Positions 61,563-64,000 of a stretch of 64,000 bases of DNA are shown here, piece by piece (the first letter of the stretch is position 1; every line of letters begins with the position of its first letter). Made by a program: the position numbers and the translations under genes. The notes beneath the pieces are model-generated. The model was given only the letters and a program-made list of their open reading frames with translations. It was not told the origin of the DNA and searched no databases. The DNA is from Marsupella aquatica. Its lineage: Eukaryota > Plantae > Marchantiophyta. Location: positions 15,468,330-15,532,329 of the forward strand of contig OZ316898.1 of the NCBI GenBank assembly GCA_973895155.1. The letters run 5' to 3'.

Positions 61563-61780
61563 TTATCAGTTATGCTAAGAATATTAATTATCAGTTTTTT
61601 CGTGTATTATACATTGACTGTCAAATATCACTAGATTTACAAACTAAGGTTAGATTCTGGCTAATGGGGTCCATGATTGGTGTGAAAGTGACAAATGGCA
61701 TAAAAAAATCTAGCAAATTTTAGCCAAAAGTGACAAACACTCTTGGGAGAGGTGAAATTTAGCAAAAATTTGCACCTAAA

Positions 61781-62087
61781 CAACAATGTGATCTCGAAGG
61801 CACCTGACCAGAGTATTTTTTAAGGTTTTTTTATTTTAGTCAGTGTGGCTAATGTCTCTAAGGGAGTAGATGCTAGGAATATGCATTATCAGTTTTTCCT
61901 GGATTATATACTGCCCGTAAAATATCTCTAGAATTACCAACTGCCAGTAGATTATGGCTAATGAGGTACATGATTTGGTGTGAAAGTGACAAATGATATA
62001 CAAAGAATCTGGCTATTTGAGCCAAAAGTGTCAAACACTCTTTGGGGAGATGAAATTTAGCAAAAATTTGCACAATTTGCACCTAAA
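61781..62087. repeat. Second copy of a ~305-bp tandem duplication (first copy about 58479-58594 plus 61563-61780)
   Basis: CAACAATGTGATCTC.AAGGCACCTGACCAG...AATTTGCACCTAAA is shared by both copies. Confidence 0.8.
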
Positions 62088-64000
62088 AAATAAGCTGCTC
62101 TGCACGTCTGTTTCAGGACTGGATGTTATGCATACATCAATAAAATAGAATTGTCAATTCATGCTACCCGCGCACCCGCCTCTCCTGCTGGGTCAAATCA
62201 AGCTAGACAGCAATGGATTTTAAATAACGTCAAAGTTTCAGGAACGGGCGTTTGAGAGACTGAGGCATCTCAGTAGTTGGAGAGAGGGAAGGTCTTCGAT
62301 GCACCATGATTCCATTTTTGCGACAGCAACCGGTTGGGCACAACAACGACAGTACATCAACAGTCTTGCCCCAACCGGCGGGCCAGAGGAAACGGGGAGT
62401 GTAGTTGCCCAGTCGCAGGTTGGCTCAAAGGGAGTCCCGGTACGGCTGGCCGAGGAAAGAGGTCACTTACGTGCTCAATCGCGATTTGTACCAAATGTGG
62501 TAGGTAGAACCGGGTCAGCCGGACGGACACGTGGGTTTGTCATTGTGTGGGCAGGAAAAGTTGGTTTGGGTAGCAAGAAAGTAACATAGGAGATTGGGAA
62601 AGGAACACGCACATAAAAAGTAGCAAGAGTAGGTGTACTTTAATAGGTGGCAAATGTCCACAGTTTGAAAGGATTTTTCATACTATAAACCCAATTACTC
62701 TTTTATATCACATTCGAATGTTCTACTACATCACACGATATTAAGTCTTTCACACTATCTGGCTGTTGCTTTCGATGGTTCTTTATATTACACTCCACTG
62801 TTCTGATTTCTCTCCTGTACCACACTCAATTGTTCATTTCTATGACATAATGCTCTTCTTTTTAAGGATCGGGTTGTTGCTTTCGATGTGCAGTTACCAA
62901 AACCAAAGAATTGCTTTAAAAATGGCCAAATTGCTAGTATGTCCCGCATGTATATGTTTCCTTCCACGAGAGAAAGTGTTAGTATATACAAAAATGGTTT
63001 TTTTGTATTCCATCTGAGTTCCTCTGGTCCATCTCGGCATTGTGTCAACATGTAACTTCATGGAGGCTTTCAGTTTCCAGAAATGACATTTTTACTTTAT
63101 TTACATTTTCAGAATACTCAAACATCACACCCGCACAAACAATGATACGATTCTCTGCAAATTATCCAGTGATTTTCCGTTCTCCCCGAACAGTTGGAGT
63201 CATTTTTCATTCCCCCGAATTGGTTGGAGTGATTTCGCATTCTCCACTATTGGTTGAGTGATTTTGCAGTTGTGTTTTGTTTTTCTTTTCTTTTCTCTCG
63301 TGTGCAGAGGACCTAGAGCTTCTTCAATTATATACTCACAGTTGAGCCGTACTTAGAGCAGAAATATTTACTGTCATTATTGGATCCTCAATTTAATTTT
63401 CAACGGAACAACAACTACTGCGCAAGCAACTCAGCCTCCAAGACGACTACTGACTGTTAGTCTTCATAAGCTGCCTGCAGAGTACTTAGTGAGATTAAGA
63501 CACCCCACCAGAACCAGCACTTGACGCGGGATAGTAAACATAAGAAAAAAACAAATAGTTGATTACGGGAGTGAGATGGCACAACAGTTACAAATCAAGG
63601 TAGATCATTAGACGAGACAACACAACACCTCGGGAAACTGCACTGTCGTAAATTGTTGACTTGAAATATTCCACGGATCTGCCTAAAAATGCAAGAGTCC
63701 CCCAAAAGTTGAATCCAAACTGTCCAACATCGGAGCTCAACTAGTTACATTGAAATATCCCAGGGATCTACCTAAAAATGCCGAGTACGAGAACGTTGAA
63801 TCCAAACTGTCCAACATCGGAGCTGGAACCGGAATCACTGGAACGAGAGATCTCCAAAGAAAACCAGTGTCAATCACTATCAAGCTTACTGACAAATCTT
63901 TCAGATATCTAATTACAGATATGTACCAGTAAACTTTTGGTCGAATTTACAATTTATGCTCCCGATTCCTTCTCTAGCTACAACGATATAATCCGCAGTA

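Noticed and set aside
62100-64000. Short ORFs and a ~75-bp local duplication (about 63660 and 63750)
   Set aside because: No recognisable domain or splice model within the window.

Overview
Eukaryotic, almost certainly land-plant, transposon-dense region with no intact host gene. I could resolve most of it by target-site duplications (TSDs). (i) Left end: a non-LTR RT fragment and a Copia solo LTR. (ii) A decayed Copia element (Copia-1, 1386-37246, TSD TATTG) holding a 19.6-kb CACTA/En-Spm transposon (4716-24306, TSD CAG), a 347-bp MITE (TSD CTTT) and a second Copia in the opposite orientation (Copia-2, 26979-37037, TSD GGCTC). Copia-2 in turn holds a 3.8-kb solo-LTR-like insert with two long ORFs (32851-36675, TSD GTTGG). 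(iii) A second MITE. (iv) A Kolobok-type DNA transposon (41107-56699, TTAA TSD, 19-bp TIRs) with an apparently intact six-exon 764-aa DDE transposase and two convergent KolX-like paralogues, one split by a very young Copia (Copia-3, 48524-54366, TSD CTAAG). (v) A Helitron-like insert near the right end. Main findings: a CACTA cargo gene fusing a histone H3 tail mimic (ARTKHKARK) to an EDM2/NSD-type PHD-finger cassette; a plant Kolobok with duplicated KolX; a protein-coding solo-LTR-like element; and a conserved in-frame UGA at the gag/pol junction of two Copia elements. Family assignments come from motif recognition by eye, not database searches.
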